Source of the DNA: Firmicutes bacterium UBA5493
GTDB taxonomy: Bacteria > Bacillota > Limnochordia > Darwinibacteriales > Darwinibacteriaceae
Direction of reading: 5' to 3'
NCBI GenBank assembly: GCA_002424045.1
Contig: DIPH01000001.1
Span: 13,484 to 77,483, forward strand
Length of the DNA stretch: 64,000 nt
Under the pieces are notes generated by a model. That model was given only the letters and a program-made list of their open reading frames with translations. It ran no database searches and was not told the origin of the DNA. Shown one piece after another: positions 29,035-38,807 of this stretch. Positions within the stretch are counted from its first letter, which is position 1. Every line of letters starts with the position of its first letter. Made by a program: the position numbers and the translations under genes.

Positions 29035-31084
29035 TTGATGGTACCCTCCTATAGCTTTCAAGCTCCCAATCGGCCCGCACGAGTCGGGCCACAACCACCA
29101 TCATATCATCTTCTATACGACCATCGGCTACATCAATGCTGTCCGCAAGAATCGCCTCGGCCATGAGCGACATGTCGTCTGACTCCTGCAGACGCCGGAG
29201 GTTCCAACACATCCACTCATCCTTCCGGGCAACACTGCGCTGGGCATCCAAGACGCCGTCGGTAGTCATGACTAAGACTTCGCCCTCCTGTAGCATTCTC
29301 CTATCGGATTCAACATCAACCTGCGATAAAACACCAACTGGAAGTGTGTGGTTGTAGATAATCTCCACCTCGCGTCCTCGCTTAATAAAACTTGGAGCTG
29401 CACCAATCTTAGCAAATTCCAGTTGCCCCGAGAAGAGATCGACTACAACCAGATCGATGGTGACAAACATATCATCCTGATTACGCAGGATAAGTAAGCG
29501 GTTGATCAGAGACACTGAGGTGGCAAGATCATAACCGGCCTTAATCATCCGCTCTAATAGACGCAGCGTCACATTGCTTTCGGTATGAGCCTTGAGGCCT
29601 ACACCCATCCCATCGCTTAATACGATAGCAACTTTGCTGGAGGCGATCTCAAAGGTGATCTGATTGTCTCCCGACACTTCTTGACTGGCCACTTTGGCCT
29701 TTCCGATTTCCACTTTATAATGTGGACAGGGAGATATTTTAAACCCACAGGTTTTCTCCGATTGGCAATTGCGGTTCGTTACGCCATAGCGTTGCGATTC
29801 AATGGTACCACTGGCAAAATCAGCGACCTCTCGGCAGAAGGTCCCTGTACCGCATGGCCCTTTTCGAGCTCCATAGATCTCATACCCATCGAGTGTGGGC
29901 AATACGGTAATATGAGAAAGATCACTCTGAGAAAAACGCCTCAGGAGAACCTCCTCGAGCTCCTTGGTAAAGGCCGCCTCAGGCGAGAAGGATGTTTTCA
30001 TGGTTTTCAACAGCTCTGCCATACTGTGCATCTGTCTGTGAAAGAGAGGATTTTCGTTATCCAGCAGATTATTTTCCAACTCCTCAAAGACGGTGAGATA
30101 TCCATCGATTTTTTTGTCAAATACTTTCTTAAGATGCTCATCATAGCCCTGGCTTTGTTTTTGATGGGAGTCTGTACCAGGGACTATACGGGCTAGGAGA
30201 TTTAGGCGTTCTTGAGGTACCCTCCCCGCGAACCAAACAGCTGCAAGTATTACGAAGAGCCACGTGATGGTCTCAGCATCCGCGGGTCCCGAAGCAGAGA
30301 AGACCAAGGCCAAAAGGGAACCCACATAGTAGCCCCAATTAAATTTGTGAAAAAAGCCAGTCAGAAGACTGGCAATCACAATGAACAACACCATTTGGAC
30401 CGGTTCGCCCAAGAGGAGTGCCAAGAGGGCTAAGGCAGGACCTAGAACACAAGAAACACCCAGACCGCCCAGGCGCGCCCCTAAGGCAATCAGGGTACAC
30501 ACTAAGAACAGGCGAGGCGAGAACCCTCCCCAATTCCAATTGACGGACACCGTTAGGGTCAAGGCAAATAGAAACGCATACAACTCCGCCCAACCCAATT
30601 GCTTCTCGAAGCATCGCTCCAAGGCAGGATACAGCAATCTATAGATAAATACAGCAAAAACACATTCGGTAACGGCCACGATAATGACCATGGGAATCGG
30701 TTGCAAGAGGTAGTGCAAAACCAGCTTGACACCTAGAAGGCTCGTGATCAGCCAGGTTCTACCCTTCTTTTCACCTACTCCTGGTGCGAAGGAAATGACA
30801 GCCAAGGCCCCATAATAGGGCAAAGACAAGCGAAAGCCAACATAGCTTGTCAACCCTAAAGCAACGCCCACAAGTGGAAGACCAAGTTGTTTAGGTCGTA
30901 GCCTTCGAAAGACGGCCACATAAGCCAGACCAAAAGGCCAGATTTCGCCGAAGATCGCTGCCCTTCCCGCCAAAAAACCAATCATGCCCCAGGCGAGGGG
31001 TGAGTTGGCCCAGCCCATTAATACTTGGTAGAACTTAAATCTATCCTCACCTGACGATACAGGCAGTGACAGCGTCTTCGCCAC
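29027..31084 (-). CDS. spoIIE: Stage II sporulation protein E-like membrane PP2C phosphatase (shortened)
   Basis: GFLAGRA..FGEIWPFGLAY multi-TM N-terminus; VSGD, LSDGMG, TIDL, KIGAAPSFIKR, TDGV, DDM; conserved tRNA-spoIIE-tilS-ftsH order. Confidence 0.88.
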   Translation of the reverse strand: MAKTLSLPVSSGEDRFKFYQVLMGWANSPLAWGMIGFLAGRAAIFGEIWPFGLAYVAVFRRLRPKQLGLPLVGVALGLTSYVGFRLSLPYYGALAVISFAPGVGEKKGRTWLITSLLGVKLVLHYLLQPIPMVIIVAVTECVFAVFIYRLLYPALERCFEKQLGWAELYAFLFALTLTVSVNWNWGGFSPRLFLVCTLIALGARLGGLGVSCVLGPALALLALLLGEPVQMVLFIVIASLLTGFFHKFNWGYYVGSLLALVFSASGPADAETITWLFVILAAVWFAGRVPQERLNLLARIVPGTDSHQKQSQGYDEHLKKVFDKKIDGYLTVFEELENNLLDNENPLFHRQMHSMAELLKTMKTSFSPEAAFTKELEEVLLRRFSQSDLSHITVLPTLDGYEIYGARKGPCGTGTFCREVADFASGTIESQRYGVTNRNCQSEKTCGFKISPCPHYKVEIGKAKVASQEVSGDNQITFEIASSKVAIVLSDGMGVGLKAHTESNVTLRLLERMIKAGYDLATSVSLINRLLILRNQDDMFVTIDLVVVDLFSGQLEFAKIGAAPSFIKRGREVEIIYNHTLPVGVLSQVDVESDRRMLQEGEVLVMTTDGVLDAQRSVARKDEWMCWNLRRLQESDDMSLMAEAILADSIDVADGRIEDDMMVVVARLVRADWELESYRRVPSSG

Positions 31085-31109
31085 ACAATCATCTCCTTCC
31101 AGCCTACTT

Positions 31110-31153
31110 ACAATAGCAGGAAAACGTAAAGGGACGTGTCGAAGACTGTGGAA
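31110..31153 (-). promoter_or_regulatory. Probable Spo0A-activated spoIIE promoter
   Basis: 0A boxes TGTCGAA (31137-31143) and TGTGGAA (31147-31153); 21-bp spacer to TGcTATTGT. Confidence 0.6.
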
Positions 31154-31190
31154 AAGGCAAATTACTTCTCACATTTTTCCGATATATGCG

Positions 31191-31219
31191 AAAAAACCCT
31201 ACAAAATTTGTAGGGTTTT
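31191..31219 (-). terminator. Terminator after tRNA-Met
   Basis: AAAACCCTACAAA-ttt-TGTAGGGTTTTTT on minus strand. Confidence 0.8.
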
Positions 31220-31229
31220 ATGGCTTTTT

Positions 31230-31306
31230 TGGTAGCGGCGGCTGGATTTGAACCAGCGACTCTACGGGTATGAACCGTATGCTCTGACCAACTGAGCTAC
31301 GCCGCC
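31230..31306 (-). tRNA. tRNA-Met (CAT), elongator type
   Basis: GGCGGCGTAGCTCAG...TACGG-TTCATAC-CCGTA...GTTCAAATC...CGCCGCTACCA. Confidence 0.95.
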
Positions 31307-31317
31307 AGACATTGTAT

Positions 31318-31346
31318 ATTATACAGAGCCCCTACCCCAATGTCAA
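31318..31346 (-). promoter_or_regulatory. Consensus sigma-A promoter of tRNA-Met
   Basis: TTGACA-17-TATAAT. Confidence 0.9.
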
Positions 31347-31368
31347 GAGTACTTTTAGGACCTTCAAG

Positions 31369-33474
31369 CTAAAACAAATGGTTTTGAATGATGAAGGAAG
31401 CAAAGACCACAGAAATCATGGATATCAACTTAATGAGGATGTCTAGGGATGGCCCCACAGTATCTTTTAGAGGGTCTCCCACCGTGTCGCCGGTAACAGC
31501 TGCATGGTGAGCTTCGGAACCTGGTCCGCCATGATGCCCTTCTTCAATGTATTTCTTGGCATTATCCCACGCTCCACCAGAATTTCCAGTAAAGACCGCT
31601 AATCCAATTCCTGACAAAAGACCTCCAGTTAGTATACCCATGACACCCTCTACCCCAAAGATCAGACCGCCCACTATAGGAGTAAGAACTGCCAACACAG
31701 CAGGGACAATCATCTCTTTAAGGGATGCTTGAGTACAAATATCCACACACAAAGCATAGTCTGGTTTAGCCTCTCCCTCGAGAAGACCTTTAATCTCCCT
31801 GAATTGACGCCGCACTTCTTCCACAACCTTTTGTGCAGTACGCCCAACAGCCGTCATGGCCATGGCGCTAAACACAAAGGCAAGCATGCTTCCTAACAGG
31901 AGTCCAGCCAAGACATTGGTATTTAGCACTGTGAAATCCAAGGCCAAATCCAGACCAAGGTCATTGATGATTAATACAACCTGATCACGATAGGCGGCAA
32001 TTAGAGCTAAAGCTGTTAGTGCAGCTGAGCCAATACAGAAACCCTTACCCGTTGCTGCAGTTGTATTACCCAAAGAATCTAGGGCATCAGTGCGTTCGCG
32101 TACAATGTGTGGTTGATGACTCATTTCCGCAATTCCGCCAGCATTATCCGCGATAGGTCCATAAGCGTCTGTAGCCAACGTGACTCCGAGGGTACTGAGC
32201 ATACCAACCGATGCCAATCCGATACCGTACAGGCCAAGGCTAAAGTTACCTGCTCCTCCAGCAACAAGGAAGCTTGCCATAATGGTGGCCACAATTAAGA
32301 GGGTGAAAGATCCTAAGGAACCCATACCAACAGCCAAGCCTTGGATAACCACCGTGGCATGTCCAGATACGGCACTTTCGGCCACTCCCTTCGTTGGCTT
32401 ATACTGTGCTGAAGTGTAGTATTCGGTAATCAAGCCAATACCAATACCACAAATGAGACCGAAAAGGACGGAAAAGTACAATCCCACGCGGCTCCAGCCA
32501 AAGGCACTTACAACAATAGGAAGAGTGACTACTGCAATAATACCGGCAGCGGTAAAGGTTCCTTTGCGTAAAGCCAAAAGAAGCTCTTTTTGATTTGCGT
32601 CTTCTCCGGTCTTGATAAAACGTAGACCAATGATAGAAGCAAGAATGCCGGCTGCAGCCAAGGCCATGGGTACTGCAATGCCCATCGTACCAAAGCCAGC
32701 CCCTACAGCCAGTGCCAAGGTAGCAATGATGGCTCCCACATAGGACTCAAACAGGTCGGCTCCAAGGCCAGCAATGTCCCCCACATTGTCACCGACGTTA
32801 TCGGCAATTACCGCTGGATTCCGGGGATCATCCTCTGGAATATTTGCTTCAATCTTGCCAACCAAATCAGCCCCCACATCAGCGGCTTTCGTATAAATTC
32901 CACCGCCAACTCTAGCAAATAGAGCCATCGAGCTAGCTCCAACCCCAAATGTCAGCATAGTGCCGGTAATCTGCTGAATACGAGCTGCCTCTCCCAAATT
33001 GCGAAAATACCAGTTCAATAAGAAATACCAAGAGCTTAAGTGAAATAATCCCAAACCAACTACAACCAGACCCATCACGGCTCCTCCAGCCAATGCAACT
33101 TTCAGAGCACCGTTTAGACTGCTTCTTGCGGCATTCGTTGTCCGGGAATTAGCATGAGTAGCCATACTCATACCTACGAATCCTGCAAGTCCTGAAAAAC
33201 CAGCCCCAGAAATAAAAGCCCAGGGCACGAAAACACTTAAATAATCAAAGTACACAAATACATACAAAACGACAAACATTACCAAGAAGAAAACTGCCAC
33301 CGTTCGATATTGGCGTCTAATATACGCTCGGGCACCGATCCTAATCGCTTCCGCGATTTCAATTATCTCTTCTGTACCTTCTTCGTATTTCATTACTGTG
33401 CGCCAATAATAGACCACGAATAGTAAGGCGACCACCGCACTCACAGGTGCTAGGTAGATCAAATATTGAGACAT
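31369..33474 (-). CDS. hppA: K+-dependent membrane-integral cation-pumping pyrophosphatase (probably Na+ or Na+/H+)
   Basis: [32 protein letters not shown] (Ala = K+-dependent), [10 protein letters not shown]. Confidence 0.95.
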   Translation of the reverse strand: MSQYLIYLAPVSAVVALLFVVYYWRTVMKYEEGTEEIIEIAEAIRIGARAYIRRQYRTVAVFFLVMFVVLYVFVYFDYLSVFVPWAFISGAGFSGLAGFVGMSMATHANSRTTNAARSSLNGALKVALAGGAVMGLVVVGLGLFHLSSWYFLLNWYFRNLGEAARIQQITGTMLTFGVGASSMALFARVGGGIYTKAADVGADLVGKIEANIPEDDPRNPAVIADNVGDNVGDIAGLGADLFESYVGAIIATLALAVGAGFGTMGIAVPMALAAAGILASIIGLRFIKTGEDANQKELLLALRKGTFTAAGIIAVVTLPIVVSAFGWSRVGLYFSVLFGLICGIGIGLITEYYTSAQYKPTKGVAESAVSGHATVVIQGLAVGMGSLGSFTLLIVATIMASFLVAGGAGNFSLGLYGIGLASVGMLSTLGVTLATDAYGPIADNAGGIAEMSHQPHIVRERTDALDSLGNTTAATGKGFCIGSAALTALALIAAYRDQVVLIINDLGLDLALDFTVLNTNVLAGLLLGSMLAFVFSAMAMTAVGRTAQKVVEEVRRQFREIKGLLEGEAKPDYALCVDICTQASLKEMIVPAVLAVLTPIVGGLIFGVEGVMGILTGGLLSGIGLAVFTGNSGGAWDNAKKYIEEGHHGGPGSEAHHAAVTGDTVGDPLKDTVGPSLDILIKLISMISVVFASFIIQNHLF

Positions 33475-33653
33475 TCTTGCAGCATCCCTTTCCAAATAGT
33501 TGTAAGCCAATCTACCCCAGACTTAATAACTTATTTGCTATTTCCCCCCTAAATCCTGCTTGATAGTTTTATTACTATTAAATCAAGAAGAAAGAAAACT
33601 ACGAGCTGTTGTCGAATGCTATCATAGGATAATATTGCTTGGGGGGTTATGCT

Positions 33654-34790
33654 TTGAAACGAGCGGTACAAACTACATGCGTTTTAGTTTTAATTTCGGT
33701 CTTATTCCTTGCTTTACTACTAAGCGGTAGTGTTTTAGCTTCTGCACCTCCTCAGGATGATTCAGTCATCTATCGAGGGCGTATACTCGATGTTGCGCCC
33801 ATTGAGCCACAACCCTACGACGAGGATAGTTGGGAGAACCAAATCATAACAATGCATCTATTATCTGGACCGCACCAAGGCGAGACTATCCAAATCCTCC
33901 ATACCCTCACGGGCCATCCCTATTATGATCTAGTGGTCAAAGAGGGCGACCGCGTGGTGTTAGAAGCTGATTTCAGCGGCACCGAGCCAGAGTATTTCTT
34001 AAGCGATTTTTCAAGAAAAACACCCCTGGCCGTTATCACCATCCTTTTTATCCTCTCCATTGTGTTCATCGGAGGCCGCCAAGGAGTTAAGGCCGTCATC
34101 TCCCTCGTTGGCATGGGCATAGTGATCTTAACCATGATCCTTCCTCTGGTCTTAAGGGGCCATAATCCCATTGTGGTAACGGTGGGATTATCCTCGGTTC
34201 TTACCGGACTTTTTATCCTCCTTGTCGCCGGTTACAGCAAAAAGACTGCTGCAGCCGTGTGCGGAACTGTAGGAGGCCTTGTGACGGCGGGAATTCTTGC
34301 CTACATCAGTGGCAAAGCCAGTTACCTCACGGGGCTCGCCTCAAGCGAAGCGCAGATGTTGCAGTACATGGACTCGTCCATTGACTTTCAAGGCTTGCTC
34401 TTCTCCGGCATGATCATTGGTGCCCTAGGCGCGATTTTAGACGTTGGGATCAGTATTGCATCTGCCATGGAGCAAATAAAAGAAGCCGATCCCACAACCG
34501 ACTTTAAGACGCTTTTCTCCAGGGGCATTTTGGTGGGCAGAGATCTAATCGCCACCATGTCCAACACCCTAATTCTGGCCTATGTTGGTTCTTCTCTCCC
34601 TTTATTGCTCCTTTTCCAGGCAAGCCAAAGTAGCTGGAGTGAAGTTTTGAACCTAGATATGGTGGCCTCTGAAATCATCCGGGCCATGACCGGGAGTATT
34701 GGCTTGACCTTAGCAATTCCCATCACCGCTCTTGTCTCTGCTCTGCTCCTGGTCAAGCCTCAAGACAAAGGCCAAGATTTGGGCAACTAA
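33654..34790 (+). CDS. YibE/F family membrane protein
   Basis: Extracytoplasmic N-domain then multiple TM segments; GALGAILDVGISIAS, ATMSNTLILAYVG, SIGLTLAIP. Confidence 0.88.
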   Translation: MKRAVQTTCVLVLISVLFLALLLSGSVLASAPPQDDSVIYRGRILDVAPIEPQPYDEDSWENQIITMHLLSGPHQGETIQILHTLTGHPYYDLVVKEGDRVVLEADFSGTEPEYFLSDFSRKTPLAVITILFILSIVFIGGRQGVKAVISLVGMGIVILTMILPLVLRGHNPIVVTVGLSSVLTGLFILLVAGYSKKTAAAVCGTVGGLVTAGILAYISGKASYLTGLASSEAQMLQYMDSSIDFQGLLFSGMIIGALGAILDVGISIASAMEQIKEADPTTDFKTLFSRGILVGRDLIATMSNTLILAYVGSSLPLLLLFQASQSSWSEVLNLDMVASEIIRAMTGSIGLTLAIPITALVSALLLVKPQDKGQDLGN

Positions 34791-34991
34791 CCCATAGAGT
34801 TCAGGTGGAACTTCCGAACCCACTGGTAGCTCAGCCAGAGCCTCCACTAACTCAGAATGCTCATAAAAAGGTATCTGGTTCTTAGCCGCTATCTCCATGA
34901 CTTTCTCTGCTAAATAACCTTGCCCTGAAGCCACCACTTCTGGGGCTTGGTTTTTCTGGCGGTCATAGCGTAATGCCACTGCCTTGCGCAT
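34710..34991 (-). CDS. Stand-alone FlhB C-terminal-like protein (YlqH/EscU family)
   Basis: KAVALRYD...APEVVASGQG..AEKV, EVPPELYGLVAQILAFV. Confidence 0.88.
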   Translation of the reverse strand: MRKAVALRYDRQKNQAPEVVASGQGYLAEKVMEIAAKNQIPFYEHSELVEALAELPVGSEVPPELYGLVAQILAFVLRLDQEQSRDKSGDGNC

Positions 34992-36042
34992 TGTCCCATC
35001 CCCTAACTGTTAGCTCCCTGGGATTCCAGCCAGAAGCACCCAATTCTTGTTCCAATTCTTCCAGGGCCTCCTCTGCACGTTCTAGATGCTCCCCAACCTT
35101 CAGAGTAACCGCCACAGTGTTGCCTCGCACCAAAAGCTCTGCCCCTACCAAACCCAAAGTGGAGGTTGGAATCTCAAGCTCCAACCAGAAACTCCCTCGC
35201 TCATCACCTTCTTCCTTCAAGCTGTCTTCATCCCTTGTAATCCGTACCCAAGCGGCATGAAGATCGTCTTTGCGCAAGAAAGGCAACGCCAGTACATATT
35301 CCAACTGGTTTGGGTTACTTTGCCTGCCCAGTAAAGACTCTACAAAGCGCTCTTCCACAAGAAGGCGAGCCAGTGCCTTGAAAGTCTCGCCCTCGGAAAA
35401 CCTGTTGTTCCAGCGAGCACGGCTCTCCAAACTTGGACGTTCCAAGATCTCCTGAAGATCAGGAGGAAGACTGTCCCTGGCCCCTGCGAGGATGGCATCG
35501 CCAAGAGGTCTAGCTTTCAACTGCGTCACCATGGCCAGAAGTTCTGGTTTGAGGGGAAACTTGGCCTGCAAGACCAAGAAAGCTTCTTCTAGTTGCCCCT
35601 CTTCAGCCCAGGGAAGTAGAGACCACACTAGGGGCTCCTGCAGGGGAAACCCCCTCTCCATAAGACCCTGGGCCACAAGGACGGCCTCCTCTGTAGGGGG
35701 GATATTTAGCTCTACTAGGACCTGCTCGATTTGCTTAGAATTTAGCCCTGGCTGCCCCGCCGAGACCTCCACAGATGGTTGGTGGGGAAGCCTCTTCAAA
35801 GCAACGCTGGCACCTTCCTGCGTGAGCTCCACAAGCTGTCCCGGAGCTAAAGAACGCCCCTGCAAGGGCAACTCCACTTCGACTTCTTCATTCTGCAAGA
35901 AAACAAAAACGGAGGAAGGCGTGAAGCGCCTCACTATACCACGGAGAACATCCTGTTCAGCCAAAAGTTTGAGCAGGGTGTTGACCATGTTGTTTGAGGG
36001 TTGATTCGGTTTGCCACCTGACGAGTGAATGTTAATGCGCAT
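34963..36042 (-). CDS. FliK-like / YlqG-like protein
   Basis: C-terminal LELEIPTSTLGLVGAELLV..VAVTL...LEQELGASGW resembles FliK-C; coupled to the FlhB-like gene. Confidence 0.6.
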   Translation of the reverse strand: MRINIHSSGGKPNQPSNNMVNTLLKLLAEQDVLRGIVRRFTPSSVFVFLQNEEVEVELPLQGRSLAPGQLVELTQEGASVALKRLPHQPSVEVSAGQPGLNSKQIEQVLVELNIPPTEEAVLVAQGLMERGFPLQEPLVWSLLPWAEEGQLEEAFLVLQAKFPLKPELLAMVTQLKARPLGDAILAGARDSLPPDLQEILERPSLESRARWNNRFSEGETFKALARLLVEERFVESLLGRQSNPNQLEYVLALPFLRKDDLHAAWVRITRDEDSLKEEGDERGSFWLELEIPTSTLGLVGAELLVRGNTVAVTLKVGEHLERAEEALEELEQELGASGWNPRELTVRGWDNAQGSGITL

Positions 36043-36062
36043 TCTTCTCCCTCCCACAGCAT

Positions 36063-37319
36063 CTACTCTCTAACAAGCATTAGGACCTGACGGAGCGTAA
36101 GACGCTTCCCGTACATCAAAATTCCAATGCGATAAATCTTCCCGGATATCCAGGCACCAACGAGCACAGAGACCAGCAAAACGAGTACGGAGGCAATGAC
36201 CTCCATTAGTGACGGACTTCCCAACACAATGCGGGAAAACATGACCATAGGTGATGTGAATGGAATCAGAGATGTGGCTACGGCAAATCCGCTATTGGGA
36301 TTCAGGAATGAAATGTAGGCACCAAAAAAGCCGACCATAATCAACATCATGATAATGGTAACAACCTGGCTGACTTCTTCCACTCGCGACACAAGGGCTC
36401 CCGCGGCTGCGAAAATTGAGGCATAGAGAAAATAGCCCAAGACAAAGTAGAGACCAAACCACAATACGGTGTCGAGGGGAATTGTGCTGAGGGGCTCACT
36501 GATCCCAAGCATCATCCCTAAGGCACCAGAGCTACCCATGGTGTTCATAAGCAGACCGGTGCCAATCCAGATGAAGAATTGCAAAAGGCCCAAAGAACCT
36601 ACACCTATAATCTTTCCCAACATCAATTCCAGTGGTTTCACTGTGGAAACCATCACTTCCATAATGCGTGAACTTTTCTCTTCTGCCACGCCAGAGGCCA
36701 CCATATTACCGTACATAATCAGGGCCATGTAAATCATAAACAGCAAGAAGTAGGCCAATACCATGGCCTGGGCATGAGCAGCACTGTCCACCTCTTCCCC
36801 GTCCTCACCTAAGGGAGACACCTCCCGGATTCGGAAATCAGCCGGGCTAAAAAGGCTCGACACATCTTCCGCGGACAGTCCCAAACGCACAGCATTGTGG
36901 CGGCTGACCGCTAAATTAAGGATATTTTCAATTTCATCATTTAACATCATGTTGCTCGCATCAGCTGTGACGAGAGTGTATAGAGGACCATCTACAAGCA
37001 AGAGACCCGATAATCCTTCATCAAGAACCATACGATATGCTTCCCGCTCGTCGAGATCACTTCCTGAGCGCACCGTGAAGCCGTCCCTTTCCACACTCAC
37101 CTGCTGTAAAAAGGGAAATATACTGCTTTTTCCAGGCTGTTCATAGACCACGAGATCAATCTGTCCTGGAGTAATGCTAGCAGAAAAGCGTTCGATCAAG
37201 GGGGGCAGAAACGACAAGCCCACAAAAACCAGTACACCGAGTATTGTTGTAATAATATAGGCGGTTCCCTTAACCCTGGAGGTAAACTCGCGTTTCACCA
37301 AGACAGGTATCATGCTCAC
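36063..37319 (-). CDS. ABC-2 type permease (YhaP/NatB-like)
   Basis: KREFTSRVK, VAEEKSSRIMEV, GKIIG, PFTSPMVM. Confidence 0.9.
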   Translation of the reverse strand: MSMIPVLVKREFTSRVKGTAYIITTILGVLVFVGLSFLPPLIERFSASITPGQIDLVVYEQPGKSSIFPFLQQVSVERDGFTVRSGSDLDEREAYRMVLDEGLSGLLLVDGPLYTLVTADASNMMLNDEIENILNLAVSRHNAVRLGLSAEDVSSLFSPADFRIREVSPLGEDGEEVDSAAHAQAMVLAYFLLFMIYMALIMYGNMVASGVAEEKSSRIMEVMVSTVKPLELMLGKIIGVGSLGLLQFFIWIGTGLLMNTMGSSGALGMMLGISEPLSTIPLDTVLWFGLYFVLGYFLYASIFAAAGALVSRVEEVSQVVTIIMMLIMVGFFGAYISFLNPNSGFAVATSLIPFTSPMVMFSRIVLGSPSLMEVIASVLVLLVSVLVGAWISGKIYRIGILMYGKRLTLRQVLMLVRE

Positions 37320-38212
37320 GCCCCCACACCTACCTTCTCCACAAAGATCTGATCAAGGGATGGTTCTACTAATTCAAAGCGAAGCACTTGCCCCGCCTGC
37401 ATAGCTTCCCTCAGTACGTAATTAGGATCAACGCCCTCTCCTAAGCGAAACTCTTGGAAATCCGCACGGGAGGTCAAAAGCTCCATCCCCGGTATCTTAT
37501 ACCAGAAATCTTCGTTACCTTCCAGAGAAATCCTCAGGATCTGTCTGCCCATGGATCTTTTGATCTGTCTCAGGTTACCGTGCAAAACCAGGCGCCCCCG
37601 ATCGATCAAGACAATATCCTCGCAAATCTCTTCCACTTGATCCATGCGATGGCTGGAGAAAATGATGGTTTTCCCCCTCTTATGGGATTCCAACAAAACC
37701 TCTTTGAGCAGTGCGGTATTCACTGGGTCTAAACCACTAAAGGGCTCGTCTAAGACCAGTAATTCAGGGTCGTGGAGCATGGTTCCGATGGTCTGAACTT
37801 TCTGTTGGTTGCCTTTAGACAGCTCTTCAATGCGTTTGTGGCGTAGTTCACCTAGATCAAAGCGATCGATCCAGCGTTCGGTCTCTATCTGGGCCTTGCG
37901 CTTGTCCAGTCCATGAATGCGTCCTAGAAACTCTAGATGCTCTGCCACTCGCATCTTAGGATAGAGTCCCCGTTCTTCCGGCAAGTAACCAAAGAAACCG
38001 CGACCTAATCGGCGGAAGGGCGTACCGTTCCAGGTCACTTGCCCTTCGTCGGGTCTAATAATGCCCAACACCACACGCATAGTCGTTGTCTTTCCCGCAC
38101 CATTGGGCCCCAAAAAGCCAAAGAGGGATCCCCCTTGCACAGAGAAAGTCAAATTGTCCACCGCGGTGACATCCCGAAAACGCTTAGTAATCTCTGCTGC
38201 AATCAATGACAT
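37316..38212 (-). CDS. ABC transporter ATP-binding protein (YhaQ-like)
   Basis: GPNGAGKTT, GYLPEERGLY, LSKGNQQK, LDEPFSGLDPVN. Confidence 0.93.
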   Translation of the reverse strand: MSLIAAEITKRFRDVTAVDNLTFSVQGGSLFGFLGPNGAGKTTTMRVVLGIIRPDEGQVTWNGTPFRRLGRGFFGYLPEERGLYPKMRVAEHLEFLGRIHGLDKRKAQIETERWIDRFDLGELRHKRIEELSKGNQQKVQTIGTMLHDPELLVLDEPFSGLDPVNTALLKEVLLESHKRGKTIIFSSHRMDQVEEICEDIVLIDRGRLVLHGNLRQIKRSMGRQILRISLEGNEDFWYKIPGMELLTSRADFQEFRLGEGVDPNYVLREAMQAGQVLRFELVEPSLDQIFVEKVGVGA

Positions 38213-38223
38213 AGCCTTCCCTC

Positions 38224-38643
38224 CTAGGAACAAGCTCGGGCAACAATTCGAAAATCCGCTTCATGATCATAGAAACGACGGGTAATCTTTCTGGCCACAA
38301 TGGCACCTAACAAAAGGCCTGCCACTGCACCGAGCCCCGCCTGGGGATCACTTCCCGTAATCAAACGAGTTACAAGATAACCAATAAAGAGGGATATGAA
38401 GGGGACGCCGTATAACACTGCGATTGCCTTAATTAGGGGACCAATTTCGCCATCCAGAATGACTTCATCCCCTACCTCATACTGATTGCGGGTGTCACGT
38501 GTCCGCACAATATAATCCTCGGGTGGTCTGTCTGGTGTGAGCCGAATGCACCCCTTACAGTTACCACAGGTACGGGCCGGATCTTGGATTTCGACCACCA
38601 CTTCTTTATCGGTCTTCTCAATAACAACTCCCCTACGACGCAT
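38224..38643 (-). CDS. rseC: RseC/MucC family membrane protein
   Basis: GVVI, CGNCKGC, VGDEV, LYGVP followed by two TM helices. Confidence 0.8.
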   Translation of the reverse strand: MRRRGVVIEKTDKEVVVEIQDPARTCGNCKGCIRLTPDRPPEDYIVRTRDTRNQYEVGDEVILDGEIGPLIKAIAVLYGVPFISLFIGYLVTRLITGSDPQAGLGAVAGLLLGAIVARKITRRFYDHEADFRIVARACS

Positions 38644-38677
38644 GGGAATCCTCCTTTCTCCAGATAAGAAAAAGCCC

Positions 38678-38706
38678 TTGCTAAAATCGAGAAACACTTG
38701 TATAAT
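38678..38706 (+). promoter_or_regulatory. Sigma-A promoter of tRNA-Asp
   Basis: TTGCTA-17-TATAAT. Confidence 0.75.
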
Positions 38707-38717
38707 TAGTATTGCTT

Positions 38718-38794
38718 GGAGCCGTGGTGTAGTTGGTTAACACGTCGGCCTGTCACGCCGAAGATCGCGAGTTCGAGTCTCGTCGGTTCCGCCA
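38718..38794 (+). tRNA. tRNA-Asp (GTC)
   Basis: GGAGCCG...TCGGC-CTGTCAC-GCCGA...GTTCGAGTC...CGGTTCC-GCCA. Confidence 0.97.
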
Positions 38795-38807
38795 TTTTTG
38801 CTTAAGT

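Noticed and set aside
31230-31306. tRNA with CAT anticodon as tRNA-Ile2, given nearby tilS, or as initiator
   Set aside because: The loop TTCATAC, GGCGG acceptor and paired 1:72 position match Bacillota elongator tRNA-Met; it lacks the initiator GGG/CCC anticodon stem.
23384-38794. Genomic island integrated at tRNA-Sec, tRNA-Met or tRNA-Asp
   Set aside because: No integrase, no duplicated tRNA 3' end seen, and the flanking genes are housekeeping.
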